DNA of 64,000 nucleotides from Dehalococcoidia bacterium (GTDB lineage Bacteria; Chloroflexota; Dehalococcoidia; Bin125): NCBI GenBank assembly GCA_963663895.2, contig CAXXRD010000001.1, positions 704,001 to 768,000 of the forward strand, read 5' to 3'. Shown piece by piece: positions 40,801 to 51,104 of this stretch (position 1 is its first letter; each line of letters starts with the position of its first letter). The notes under the pieces were generated by a model. It saw only the letters and a program-made list of their open reading frames with translations, ran no database searches and was not told where the DNA came from. The position numbers and the translations under genes were made by a program.

Positions 40801-40851
40801 TGCGGCGCCGTGGATGACGGAGCGCGGAGCGGACGGGAGGGGCATCCGCAC
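37846..40851 (-). CDS. FAD-linked oxidase / Fe-S (GlcD-GlcF-type fusion) 2-hydroxyacid dehydrogenase; start uncertain
   Basis: RGAGTSLAGQ, SGEHGDG, CNGQGAC, CVECKACKSECP and CCG motifs. Confidence 0.88.
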   Translation of the reverse strand: MRMPLPSAPRSVIHGAAVSRHRPVRAALHLLDAGDGALHDLAAEIADGLAGGRAGVKVDRPSRLLYATDASIYEMEPLAVVYPRSAADVAHVLRVAARRGLPVLPRGAGTSLAGQTLNHAVVLDFTPHMDRIVQIDATERWARVQPGVVLAQLNRALRDHGLHYPIDPSTANRATIGGGVGNNSCGSHSAVYGKTVDNVAALDLLFADATAARFTHYDPQVLAAKRAQPGLEGDIYRAVERLTTQYRDEIRARFPKLLRRVSGYNLDALLQDPADLAPLIVGSEGTLALVTEATVRLAPLPICKGLAVVHLHSVVEAAEATVVANRQQPSAVELVDATIIDRCRQHPSYASLVERVQGAPGALLLVEFYGDSADELTEKLGALAAALERERLGYATVVTLDPDQQRAMWRMREIGLGILMSVRGDAKPLAFVEDTAVDPDRLPQFVARFDALIRDHGFTAAYYGHASVGCLHIRPHANIKDAAELVSMQRLAERIADLVVEFQGSLSGEHGDGILRGVFMERMFGAPIVQAFRELKTAFDPDGLLNPGKIIDVPPFADNLRLGPQTVNREPPTYLSFAADGGIARAVELCNGQGACRKFDGGMCPSYMVTKDEEHSTRGRANLLRQALNGVLPPQDLAGERIHEALDLCVECKACKSECPSGVDLAKLKYETLAYYHDVHGLPGRARAFAHIRTLARAAAPFAPLVNAAGRVAPLRLLLEKTAGIHRARPIPVLAREPFPRSFARRRAATFRPPAPRGEVVFFHDTFTDYFYPEVGHAAVAILEALGYGVRLVDGLVCCGRPAISKGMLGTARKWARRNIEALRPFAAAGIPIVGVEPSCLLALRDEYPDLIPGPETRIVAEHAFLLDQLLVRLVHEEPALADRFLPARRSLLLHAHCHQKALAGTDATLRALQLAGFDTILIDSGCCGMAGSFGFEAEHYDISRRMGALALFPAVQAAPVTTEIAITGVSCRQQIDHCTGRRARHVVEFLAGALRPDETS

Positions 40852-40943
40852 AGGCTACACCGAGCGAAGGGCGGAACCGACCGCTGCCTTCCTTGACCGC
40901 AATGGGAGCGCGTGCCACGATCCGCGCACAATCGAATAGTGAG

Positions 40944-41065
40944 GCGCTCGACAGGGGAACGCCGGTGTAAGTCCGGGGCTGTCGCGCAACGGTCACCCGC
41001 GGGAGCGGGGAGCCCGATGACCTTCGAGCGTCCGCACGGAAACCGCCTTCGCGTGTGAGGCCGGG
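40944..41065 (+). promoter_or_regulatory. Cobalamin riboswitch
   Basis: AGGGGAACGCCGGTGTAAGTCCGGGGCTGTCGCGCAACGGT core and GAGCCCGA B12-box-like 3' part. Closing stem GCGCTCGA (40944-51)/TCGAGCGT (41024-31). Lies upstream of an iron/B12-type ABC importer. Confidence 0.88.
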
Positions 41066-41071
41066 GTGCGC

Positions 41072-41097
41072 AACGACCCGGTATCCGGGTCGTTTTT
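41072..41097 (+). terminator. Intrinsic terminator, expression platform of the riboswitch
   Basis: AACGACCCGG-TAT-CCGGGTCGTT followed by TTT, between the aptamer and the RBS. Confidence 0.8.
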
Positions 41098-41150
41098 GAT
41101 TCGGGTCATGCCCTCTTCCTCGCACGGCGAACGGTCGAAAGGGGAGACGT

Positions 41151-42569
41151 ATGGCTCGCACGAAGCTCGCACTGCCTTGGCATTTATTCGGGACATGGGC
41201 GCCTTTATTGGTGGCTGGGCTCTTGCTCGGCTCCGTCATCGCGGTCGCGTGCGGCGACGACGACCGGAACGCGGCGGTCGTAGAGCCGGAGCCCGCAGCA
41301 AGTGAGACAGCCGGGGGTGACGAAGCGTCCGCAGTAGCAGTTGCTGCGCCAAGCGAGGCAGACAAGAGCAAGGAAACGCCTCCGGCGGTGGTTGATGCGC
41401 CGGCCGACGAGCCTGCCGCAATCGAGTCGGTCGAAGAATCGGTGCCGTCTCCCGCGCCAAGGGCGAACGTGCTGAGCGGCAGCGCAGAGTACGCGGAGGG
41501 TGTGGATTACTTTCCCGAGAAGGTGTCGGTAGCGCACGCGAAGAATTTCGGGGTCGAGTATTTCGCGAACTACAAGGTGGTGACGGTGCCGGAACCGACG
41601 CCGGGAGGGGCGGCGGAGACGTACGTATTGGTGCAGCGGGGGACGCCGGCGCCTCCGCTAACGGGACCGCTGACGGGGGCAGCGGTGATTGAGGTGCCAG
41701 TCGAGTCGATATTTATGGGCTCGACAACCCCCTTGCCGTTCCTGGTGGATCTGGACGTAGTCGATCGGCTGACGGGGGTAGCCAGCGCCGGCCTGATTCA
41801 TGCCGAGCCGGTGCTGGAGCGTATCGAAGCCGGCGCAGTGGTCGAGTACGCGGCGGGAGGGGAGGTCGATGCGGAAGCCGTGATCGAGGCCGTACCCGCG
41901 ATGCTGATGACGGAAGGGCTGGAGCATCCCACGTATCCGATCTTGCGCGAGGCGGGCGTCGCCGTGGTGGCGGGGACGGAGTGGCTGGAACCGTCGCCGC
42001 TGGGTCGCGCGGAGTGGCTGAAGTACGTGGCCGTGTTCTTCAACCGGGAAGCGGCCGCGGCGCGGCTGTTCGCGTCGATCGAGGAGTCGTACGCCGAGCT
42101 GGCGGAGCTGGGGGCGGGAGTAGTGCAGCGGCCCCGGGTGATGACGGGGCTGATGTTCGAGGGAGTGTGGTACGCGGCGGGGGGCGACAGCTTCGTGGCG
42201 CGGCTGCTGCGCGATGCCGGAGCGGATTACGTGTGGGCGGACAACAACGACACGGGGTCGTTGCCGCTGGACTTCGAGGTGCACTTGGAGCGGGCGCAGG
42301 ACGCCGCGTACTGGGTGAACGTCTCGCTGTTCTGGCGGAGCGTGGCGGACGCAGCAGCGGAGGACACGCGTTACGAGCGCTTCGCGGCGTATCAGTCCGG
42401 GCAGGTGTGGAACTACACGCGGATTCAGAACGAGAGCGGAGGGCTCGAGTACTTCGAGCGGGGCGTATCACGGCCGGACTTGGTGCTGGCCGACCTGCTG
42501 AAGATCTTCCATCCGGATCTGGTGCCCGAGCACACGTTCATCTGGTACGAGCAGCTACCGGCAGAGTAG
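41151..42569 (+). CDS. Cobalamin ABC transporter substrate-binding lipoprotein (BtuF-like)
   Basis: Signal peptide with lipobox-like IAVAC, acidic linker, EWLEPSPLGRAEW and RPDLVLADL; under the B12 riboswitch. Confidence 0.85.
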   Translation: MARTKLALPWHLFGTWAPLLVAGLLLGSVIAVACGDDDRNAAVVEPEPAASETAGGDEASAVAVAAPSEADKSKETPPAVVDAPADEPAAIESVEESVPSPAPRANVLSGSAEYAEGVDYFPEKVSVAHAKNFGVEYFANYKVVTVPEPTPGGAAETYVLVQRGTPAPPLTGPLTGAAVIEVPVESIFMGSTTPLPFLVDLDVVDRLTGVASAGLIHAEPVLERIEAGAVVEYAAGGEVDAEAVIEAVPAMLMTEGLEHPTYPILREAGVAVVAGTEWLEPSPLGRAEWLKYVAVFFNREAAAARLFASIEESYAELAELGAGVVQRPRVMTGLMFEGVWYAAGGDSFVARLLRDAGADYVWADNNDTGSLPLDFEVHLERAQDAAYWVNVSLFWRSVADAAAEDTRYERFAAYQSGQVWNYTRIQNESGGLEYFERGVSRPDLVLADLLKIFHPDLVPEHTFIWYEQLPAE

Positions 42570-42579
42570 GCAGGAAGCG

Positions 42580-43710
42580 ATGGCCAGCTCGGCAGGCGCA
42601 CACGTGAGAGCGGCGAGCATGAGCACGGACACCCTGCGCGACGCGGACCTGCAAGCGCTGGGGCGCCTGCAGCGCCGGCAATGGCTGAGCTTCGCCGGCT
42701 TGGCGGGAGCGCTGGCGGTACTGGTGGCGGTGGCGGTAGCCGTGGGGTCCGTCTCCATCCCGCTGGCGGAAGTGGCGCGGATCGTGCTGGAGGGAGAGGG
42801 CGCGCGGGCGAGCTGGGAAACGATCGTGGAGCAGGTACGGGCGCCGCGAGCGATCACGGCGGCGCTGGCCGGAGCGGCGCTGGGAGTGGCGGGGCTGCAG
42901 CTCCAGACGATCTTCCGGAACCCCTTGGCGGATCCGTTCGTGCTGGGGATCAACGCGGGCGCCAGCGCCGGGGTGGCGGCGGTAGTGCTGGTAGCGGGGA
43001 CAGCCGGGACGGTGTTCGCGGCGGGGCTGGGCTGGCTGGGGGATCTAGGCACGGCGGCGGCGGCGACGGTCGGGGCAGGACTGGTGGGAGCACTGGTATT
43101 GGCCGCATCGTTGCGCGTGCGGAGCATGGTGACGGTGCTGCTGGTGGGGTTGATGGTGGGGTACTTGGTCGCGTCCTTGGTCGCGGTTCTGCTAGCGATC
43201 TCCGACGAGCAACGGGTGATGCAGTTCGTGCTGTGGGGGTTTGGGAGCTTTCGCGGGGTGACGTGGAGTGAGCTGCGCATCCTGGCGCCGGCGGTGGGAG
43301 CGGGGCTGCTGATCGCCGGGCTGACGACCAAGCAGCTGAACGCGCTGGCGCTGGGCGAGAGCTATGCGCAGAGCATGGGACTCCATGTGCGCTGGACGCG
43401 GGTGATCACGATCGGGGGTGCGTCGCTGCTGGCGGGGGTGGTAACGGCGTTCGCAGGACCGATCGGGTTTCTGGGGCTGGCGGTTCCGCACTTGGCGCGG
43501 GCCGTGTTCGGGAGCTCGGATCATCGGGTGCTGACGCCGGCCGTCGTGGTCATGGGGGGGATCGTGGCGTTGGTGGCAGAGCTGGTTTCGCAGTTGCCGG
43601 GGATCGACTCGGTCCTGCCGTTGAATGCGGTCACGGCCTTGATCGGGGCGCCGGTGGTCGTGGTGGTGCTGCTCCGCAGCCGCCGCGGGACACAGGGGTT
43701 CGTGCAATGA
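42580..43710 (+). CDS. FecCD/BtuC-family ABC permease
   Basis: QTIFRNPLADPFVLG, LGESYAQSMG and GPIGFLGLAVPH. Confidence 0.9.
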   Translation: MASSAGAHVRAASMSTDTLRDADLQALGRLQRRQWLSFAGLAGALAVLVAVAVAVGSVSIPLAEVARIVLEGEGARASWETIVEQVRAPRAITAALAGAALGVAGLQLQTIFRNPLADPFVLGINAGASAGVAAVVLVAGTAGTVFAAGLGWLGDLGTAAAATVGAGLVGALVLAASLRVRSMVTVLLVGLMVGYLVASLVAVLLAISDEQRVMQFVLWGFGSFRGVTWSELRILAPAVGAGLLIAGLTTKQLNALALGESYAQSMGLHVRWTRVITIGGASLLAGVVTAFAGPIGFLGLAVPHLARAVFGSSDHRVLTPAVVVMGGIVALVAELVSQLPGIDSVLPLNAVTALIGAPVVVVVLLRSRRGTQGFVQ

Positions 43711-44798
43711 GGGCGACGGGGATGGCAACGACTACGGACGCTGAAGGCCGTGCGGAGGCCCAGGGGCGGCCCGTCCTGGAGACTGCGGGGCTGGCGGTGG
43801 GATTCCGGGCGTTCCGGCGAGCACCGCTAGAGGTGCTGGGCGGACTGGACCTGCGGGTGGAAGCGGGGGAGTTCGTGTGTCTCGTGGGGCCGAACGGAAC
43901 GGGAAAATCCACCTTGCTGCGAACCCTGGCCGGGCTGCAACGGCCGCTGCGAGGGCAAGTGTGGCTGGGCGGCAGGGAGCTCGCGCAGCTAGGACGGCTG
44001 GACGTGGCGCGCCGGGTGAGCGTGGTACTAACGACGCGCGAGGACCTCGGATTGCTGAGCGCGTATCAAGTGGTTTCGCTGGGGCGATTCCCACATACGG
44101 GGTGGGTGGGACGGCTGCAGCAGCGTGATCGCGACATCGTGGGATGGGCGATCCGCGCGGTGGGCGTACGGGAACTGGCGGAGCGGCCGGTAGCGGAGCT
44201 GAGCGATGGGGAGCGGCAGCGCGTGTTGATCGCGCGGGCGCTGGCGCAGGAACCGGGAATCATGCTGCTGGACGAAGCGACGGCGTTCCTGGACGTGTCG
44301 GCGCGCGTGGAGATCACGAGCCTGCTGCGCCGGCTGGCGCGGGAGCAGGGAGTGGGAATCGTGTTGACCACGCACGATTTGGAGCTGGCGTTGCAGACGG
44401 CGCGGACCGTCTGGCTGCTGGACAAGGAAGGACGGCTGCAGGCCGGGACGCCGGAGGAGCTGGTCCTGAACGGGGCAGTGGCGGGAACGTTCCGGGGAGC
44501 CGAGCTGTCGTTCGACGAGGCGGCGCGATCGTTCCGGGTGCGATGGCAAAGCGGAGGCCGGGCCTGGCTGTGGGGTGGCGAGGGGGACGAGCTGGGGCTG
44601 GCGATGACGCGGGCGCTGCTGGAGCGGGAAGGGTTCACGCTCGTGCGGGGCGGGGGAGACACCCGCGACGTCGTCGAGGTGGAGCTTCGATCGGCCGAGG
44701 CGGAGCGGCGGTGGGTCGTGCGCGTGGGCGGGGCGAAGTGGGAGGCAGGATCGCTGGGAGAGGTTGCGGCGCTGGTGCGGGGGTCCCAGGCGAGCTAG
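43707..44798 (+). CDS. ABC transporter ATP-binding protein (BtuD/FecE-like)
   Basis: [17 protein letters not shown] and [10 protein letters not shown]. Confidence 0.9.
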   Translation: MRATGMATTTDAEGRAEAQGRPVLETAGLAVGFRAFRRAPLEVLGGLDLRVEAGEFVCLVGPNGTGKSTLLRTLAGLQRPLRGQVWLGGRELAQLGRLDVARRVSVVLTTREDLGLLSAYQVVSLGRFPHTGWVGRLQQRDRDIVGWAIRAVGVRELAERPVAELSDGERQRVLIARALAQEPGIMLLDEATAFLDVSARVEITSLLRRLAREQGVGIVLTTHDLELALQTARTVWLLDKEGRLQAGTPEELVLNGAVAGTFRGAELSFDEAARSFRVRWQSGGRAWLWGGEGDELGLAMTRALLEREGFTLVRGGGDTRDVVEVELRSAEAERRWVVRVGGAKWEAGSLGEVAALVRGSQAS

Positions 44799-44891
44799 GC
44801 GCGTGGAGGCCACGGTGGCGGGAGAGGGCGGACGGCCCGCAGAAACCTCGCCGCCCCGGGCAAGTACGAACCGGCTAAGTATCGAGAAAGC

Positions 44892-44969
<78 letters not shown>

Positions 44970-45113
44970 ACGTAGGTAGCTGAGCTGTGGCCCGGGACAG
45001 GTCCTGAGCAGCGTACGGGCAGCCTCTGAGGGTCGCAACTCACGGGATGGCGGTTGAGAGAAGGAACCGGCGAGGCACGGGCGGCGTGGGAGGGCCGTGC
45101 TCCCTACGGGAGG

Positions 45114-45701
45114 CTACGGGACGGGATCACCCTCGCCTTCCGTGCCGTCGCCCGCGCCATCCGCGGACGGCGCGGGATCTTCGGCGGGGACGGCCGCGCC
45201 GGCGGGCGGCTGGATCTCCTGGGCGGGAGCGGGCTCCGGCTGGGGAGCCGTTTCCGCCGCTGGGGCAGCAACCGGGATAACGATCCGTTGGCCGACGAGA
45301 AGCGCGTTGGGATCGGGGATGTCGTTCACGGCGAGGATGGCGTCCAAGGAAACGCCGAAGGTGCGGGCGATAGCGCTGAGGGTGTCGCCGGCGACGACGA
45401 TGTGGACCCGCTCCGCAGGAGGCGGGGGAGCAGGAGCCGCCTCTTCCTCGGGTGGAAGCGTCTCGTCCCCGCCGGGCGCTGCGAAGGAATCAGCATCGGG
45501 GAGATCTTCGGGGAGCTCGTCAAGGCGCTGGAGATCGATGGGAGCTTGCGCCGGAGCGTCACCCTCGTCCTCGTCCGAGAGGATGTCGAACTCGAAGAAC
45601 AGCAAGGCAATGACGACGAGCGGCACCAAGACCACGACCGCGGTGAGGAGTCCGAAGAAGCGGCCGGTTCCCGCCGGCGAGTAGGGTCGCCGGACGCTCA
45701 C
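45114..45701 (-). CDS. Membrane-anchored LysM domain protein
   Basis: N-terminal TM helix, acidic/Pro linkers and LysM HIVVAGDTLSAIARTFGV...NDIPDPNALLVGQRIVIP. Confidence 0.88.
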   Translation of the reverse strand: MSVRRPYSPAGTGRFFGLLTAVVVLVPLVVIALLFFEFDILSDEDEGDAPAQAPIDLQRLDELPEDLPDADSFAAPGGDETLPPEEEAAPAPPPPAERVHIVVAGDTLSAIARTFGVSLDAILAVNDIPDPNALLVGQRIVIPVAAPAAETAPQPEPAPAQEIQPPAGAAVPAEDPAPSADGAGDGTEGEGDPVP

Positions 45702-45803
45702 GGCGATCCGGCGCGCGACCGGACGCCGGGAACGACGCCTGCCCTGCGCTGCGGGACCGCCTTGGCAGGCTCGCGGTCCCCCGGAGGACGCGTTTGGCGC
45801 GAG

Positions 45804-46019
45804 CTAGCGGCGGCCGCCGGCTCCGCTGAGGATCGGCTCGTCGATGTAGATATCGCCGTTGCGGATCTTGATGTTGTAGCCGCAGCTCGGTTTCGTGCAG
45901 ACCCAGGCCTTGTAATGCACTGCCGCACCTTGGCCTCCAAAGTCGGACAACGGCACGAGGCTGCCACTATCGCAGCGCAAGCAAGGCGGAAAGCCTTCGC
46001 CCATCCCATCTGCTTCCAC
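45804..46019 (-). CDS. Small zinc-ribbon protein
   Basis: CLRC...WVCTKPSC; GGGAG RBS before GTG 46019. Confidence 0.7.
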   Translation of the reverse strand: MEADGMGEGFPPCLRCDSGSLVPLSDFGGQGAAVHYKAWVCTKPSCGYNIKIRNGDIYIDEPILSGAGGRR

Positions 46020-46086
46020 GGTACTCTCCCTCTCCCCTATTTGGGCCACCGGCCCCCACCCGGCGTGGATCGCCCGGCAACTTATT

Positions 46087-47793
<1,707 letters not shown>

Positions 47794-47879
47794 GGTCTCA
47801 GTCCTTCATGGGTAGGAGCAGCGGGTACGGGGCCGGATGCGGAAGCGCCTCGCTCCGAGGCGTCCGGCGGGAGCGCGCG

Positions 47880-47960
47880 CTAGCAGCCGATCGCATCCGC
47901 CGCGTGATGAGGCGCGGCGGACGAGAACCTCTCGGGATAGGCGTGCGTGCGTGCGTGCAT
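47880..47960 (-). CDS. Putative cimA leader peptide MHARTHAYPERFSSAAPHHAADAIGC (26 aa)
   Basis: ATG lies 9 nt after TAGGCT. The only branched-chain codon is ATC (Ile24). Alternative stems overlap the uORF end. Confidence 0.6.
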   Translation of the reverse strand: MHARTHAYPERFSSAAPHHAADAIGC

Positions 47961-47969
47961 TATGGATCC

Positions 47970-47998
47970 AGCCTAGCGGGCGTTCCACCGCCGGACAA
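47970..47998 (-). promoter_or_regulatory. Sigma70-type promoter for the cimA leader
   Basis: TTGTCC (47993-98), 17-nt spacer, TAGGCT (47970-75). Confidence 0.55.
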
Positions 47999-48090
47999 TC
48001 GGGGAGAGCCGCTCAAAAATTGAGGCTGCGGCCGAATGATTACCGTCAACGATGAGTGAAGGCCAGCGTGACTAGACCCACCCGACCCGC

Positions 48091-49323
48091 TCACGCGGCA
48101 CACCGAATCCCCTGTGCCTCGTCGCGCAGCCTCTGCACCAAAACCGCTAGGCCGTCCACACGATCGAGAACCTCACTGAGCGCGCCGGACAAGTTGAGTG
48201 TGGCGACCTCAAGCCGCTTGCCGGAGCCCCGGACTTGGTAGGAGGTTCCGTCCGCCGCGCCCTCGGCGTATATCAGCAGTCCGCCCGGCAGATCGAGTGC
48301 GGTCGCGTACGCCAGCAACTGATACAGGTCGGCGTTGGGTATTTGTGCATCGGTCTCGTCCTTATACTTCGCATCGCCCACGAACGTGCAGATCCCGTCA
48401 TCCCACCAGGAAAGATCAGGCTCAATGCCTATGGATCCCTGCTCGTCAAGGCTGAATTCGGGACCGCGGCCATCGGATCGCAATGTGCGATCAGAGACCC
48501 TGAGCCTCTCCCGGAGCGCCACCGTCACGAACTCCTGAAACAGGGTGTTCATGTCCAGCAGAAAACCGGACGCTCGCACGTCGCCGCGGCCTGATTCGAA
48601 GGCGCTATGCCGCAAGATCAACCGCGAGAGCCCAACGACGCCCCGGTAGTGCTCATTCAGCCGGTCGAAACGGAGTTCGGGCACGGCACTGGACGGAAAC
48701 TCGACCGGCGAAACCTGCTCAAGCATCCCTGCAACTAATCCCAAGTCTCTGCGTGCCGCGTGCGAACGGAGAGGCATCCGGCCGAGCCGCCTGGCCGCCG
48801 CCTTCACCAGCTGATTCGCCAGGATGTCGGCGGTGAACTCGTCGTATCGCACCTCGATCGGCAGAGCGCTCCCGAACCGCCGCCGTATCTGCTCGGTGAA
48901 CCTGATGCGCCCCCGGACGGTGTGCAGCGCCTCTTCCTCCATCCGGTATCCGTGGAGAAGCCCTTGGCTGAACGCCCTGCGAGCCGCCGCGGCGAGCGCC
49001 AGCGCGAGCGTGTCCGGCAGGGTCTTCTTCTCCTCGAAATCGAACAGCTTGTCCTCTTGGGACTTGACCACCCCCATGGCGTAGCACGCCAGCGACAGGA
49101 GTTGCGGGATTCCGATCTTCGGCTCGATGAGCACCGACAGATCGCCGATCTCGACCGCTCCAACCTTCGATCTGGCCGTGAGTTGGTAGACATCCCCGCT
49201 GCCCGGAATGGGCTCGATCGAGGAGAGGCCAAGGGTCGCCTTCTCACGCAACAGCGCGTCCCGTTGAGCGACCGAGAGCGTGCACTTAGTGGGTTCGTAC
49301 TCCCTCAGGTCAATCTGACACAT
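48091..49323 (-). CDS. mcrC: McrC-family restriction endonuclease subunit
   Basis: FDRLNEHY, LDMNTLFQEFV, PD...VGDAKYK and ADLYQLLAYA PD-(D/E)xK motifs; TAATG coupling to mcrB. Confidence 0.9.
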   Translation of the reverse strand: MCQIDLREYEPTKCTLSVAQRDALLREKATLGLSSIEPIPGSGDVYQLTARSKVGAVEIGDLSVLIEPKIGIPQLLSLACYAMGVVKSQEDKLFDFEEKKTLPDTLALALAAAARRAFSQGLLHGYRMEEEALHTVRGRIRFTEQIRRRFGSALPIEVRYDEFTADILANQLVKAAARRLGRMPLRSHAARRDLGLVAGMLEQVSPVEFPSSAVPELRFDRLNEHYRGVVGLSRLILRHSAFESGRGDVRASGFLLDMNTLFQEFVTVALRERLRVSDRTLRSDGRGPEFSLDEQGSIGIEPDLSWWDDGICTFVGDAKYKDETDAQIPNADLYQLLAYATALDLPGGLLIYAEGAADGTSYQVRGSGKRLEVATLNLSGALSEVLDRVDGLAVLVQRLRDEAQGIRCAA

Positions 49324-51104
49324 TACTGGGCGCCGCTGTCCTCTTCGCTCGCTGCTTGCTCTTCGCCATCTTCCTGCTTGGCGCCGCGAGCGGCCTCTCT
49401 CCGCAGTGTTTCCAGATCGAACGCCTCGAGCCGTTCGGTATTTCCGAAGAGACGCTCCTCTATATAAGGAAGAACGCTGTGTTTCCAGATGCGCGGAACG
49501 TCGGCCTCGTTGAGGCCGCCCTCCCTCATGAAGTAGCTCGGTCCGATGGCGGCGTGCCGGTCGTCCAACAGGTGATGATTCGCGCGGTCGACGACATCGG
49601 CCACCCACGTCATATCCTCGGACGCGTTCTCCATCAGCCAGCGGCGGAGGAGGCCCTTGATCGGCTCCTCGTCCGGGTGGAAGTCCACGAAGTAGAACCG
49701 GCGGCGGAGCGCCAAGTCCACGAGCGCGATCGACCGGTCGGCCGTGTTCATCGTCCCGATGATGTAGAGGTTGCTGGGAAGAGAGAACGGTTCGTCGGAG
49801 TACTGGAGGCGTATCTCGCTGTCGCGGTACTCCAGCAAGAAGTACAGCTCGCCGAAGACCTTAGCGAGGTTGCCGCGGTTGATCTCGTCGATGACGAGGA
49901 AGTGCTTCGCCTGCGGCTCCAGCCGCGCCTGCGCCGCGACCGTCAGTAGCGGTCCGTCCTTGAGTTTGAACCCAGATTGCCCGCCCCGCGCGGGTCGGAA
50001 GCCCTGGACGAAGTCCTCGTAGGCGTAGGACGGGTGGAACTGTACGAGTTGCACCCGTTTCTTCGACCCGGCGAGGCAACGAGCGAGCTTCTGTGCGATG
50101 AACGTCTTCCCCGTGCCCGGCGGACCTTGAAAGATGACCTGGCGCTTCTCCTCCAGCAGCGTCTCGATCTCCTCCAGGAAAGAAGGCGGGACGAGGAGTT
50201 CTTCCGCGAGCTGCGCCAAGTCAGTTGCACTAGGTTTCTCTTCTCCAGGTTCTGGAACTTCTATAGGAGGTGGTGGCACCCGTTCCTTAGGCTTGTATTG
50301 ATCATCCCAGCGCTCTCGGATATCAGATTCATAGAAGGAATGTCCATCTGTTCCGTACTCGGCGGCAAGCGCCCTGCGAATTGCTCCCAATGCACGGTCT
50401 ACGTCATTCTCAGAGGGATCTTCGACAAGGTGATCGAATGCTTTAACGATCTTGGTCTTGTGCTCGAAGCTGACGATCGCTTCGAAAGTGTCGGGGTGGA
50501 CGAGATGCAACAAGGCTTGTCGTTGCGTACTGGGCGTATTCTGTTTGTCGCGAAGTAAAAGGCTATGGAACCGCATCTCCATCAGGAATTCCTTGAAGGC
50601 CCACGGATCATCGAGCAAGTGCCGACGGATAGACGACCGTTGTTGCTTCCATTGCTCGGCGAACTCAATGATTAACCCAACTTGAAATGGACGGTACATA
50701 TTGAACGCTTGACCAGGGTTGACTATCCCAGGCGTGAGGCCTTCGACGAGATCAGATGGAATGCTGACCGCATGCTGAGACCATCCGAGTACAGTCTCTA
50801 TATCGTCCTGTTTCTTGCTACTGCTCGTAGCGCTAGTTATGAGAAAGTATACATATAATGCCTCGGCCATAAGCTGATAAACTTCGGGTGGGCTATTTGC
50901 CAGTCGCAGCTTCAGCTTGGCAAGAAAACTATTATCAGAGTCGTCCGGATTATTCAGGAACCTTTCGCGGATCTCACCAAGCCACTGTCGTGTCCATATT
51001 GGCTTACCAGGTGTGAAGAGCGAATCGTCCGACCTCAGCGCCCGCTCGACCCATTCCTCAGCCGCTTCGTAGACATTCGCGGCATCGCTTCTTCTCGTTC
51101 CCAT
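49323..51104 (-). CDS. mcrB: McrB-family AAA+ GTPase with uncharacterised N-terminal domain
   Basis: GPPGTGKT, QFHPSYAYEDF, IDEINRGN and MNTADRSIALVDLALRRRF; GGAG before ATG 51104. Confidence 0.92.
   Translation of the reverse strand: MGTRRSDAANVYEAAEEWVERALRSDDSLFTPGKPIWTRQWLGEIRERFLNNPDDSDNSFLAKLKLRLANSPPEVYQLMAEALYVYFLITSATSSSKKQDDIETVLGWSQHAVSIPSDLVEGLTPGIVNPGQAFNMYRPFQVGLIIEFAEQWKQQRSSIRRHLLDDPWAFKEFLMEMRFHSLLLRDKQNTPSTQRQALLHLVHPDTFEAIVSFEHKTKIVKAFDHLVEDPSENDVDRALGAIRRALAAEYGTDGHSFYESDIRERWDDQYKPKERVPPPPIEVPEPGEEKPSATDLAQLAEELLVPPSFLEEIETLLEEKRQVIFQGPPGTGKTFIAQKLARCLAGSKKRVQLVQFHPSYAYEDFVQGFRPARGGQSGFKLKDGPLLTVAAQARLEPQAKHFLVIDEINRGNLAKVFGELYFLLEYRDSEIRLQYSDEPFSLPSNLYIIGTMNTADRSIALVDLALRRRFYFVDFHPDEEPIKGLLRRWLMENASEDMTWVADVVDRANHHLLDDRHAAIGPSYFMREGGLNEADVPRIWKHSVLPYIEERLFGNTERLEAFDLETLRREAARGAKQEDGEEQAASEEDSGAQ

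Noticed and set aside
35819-40896. Very long plus-strand ORFs (676 aa and 1000 aa), and similar ones at 46117-47883, 57064-58869 and 59090-60130
   Set aside because: These are antisense shadows of real minus-strand genes. High GC and C-ending codon bias remove stops on the opposite strand, and the translations have no motifs.
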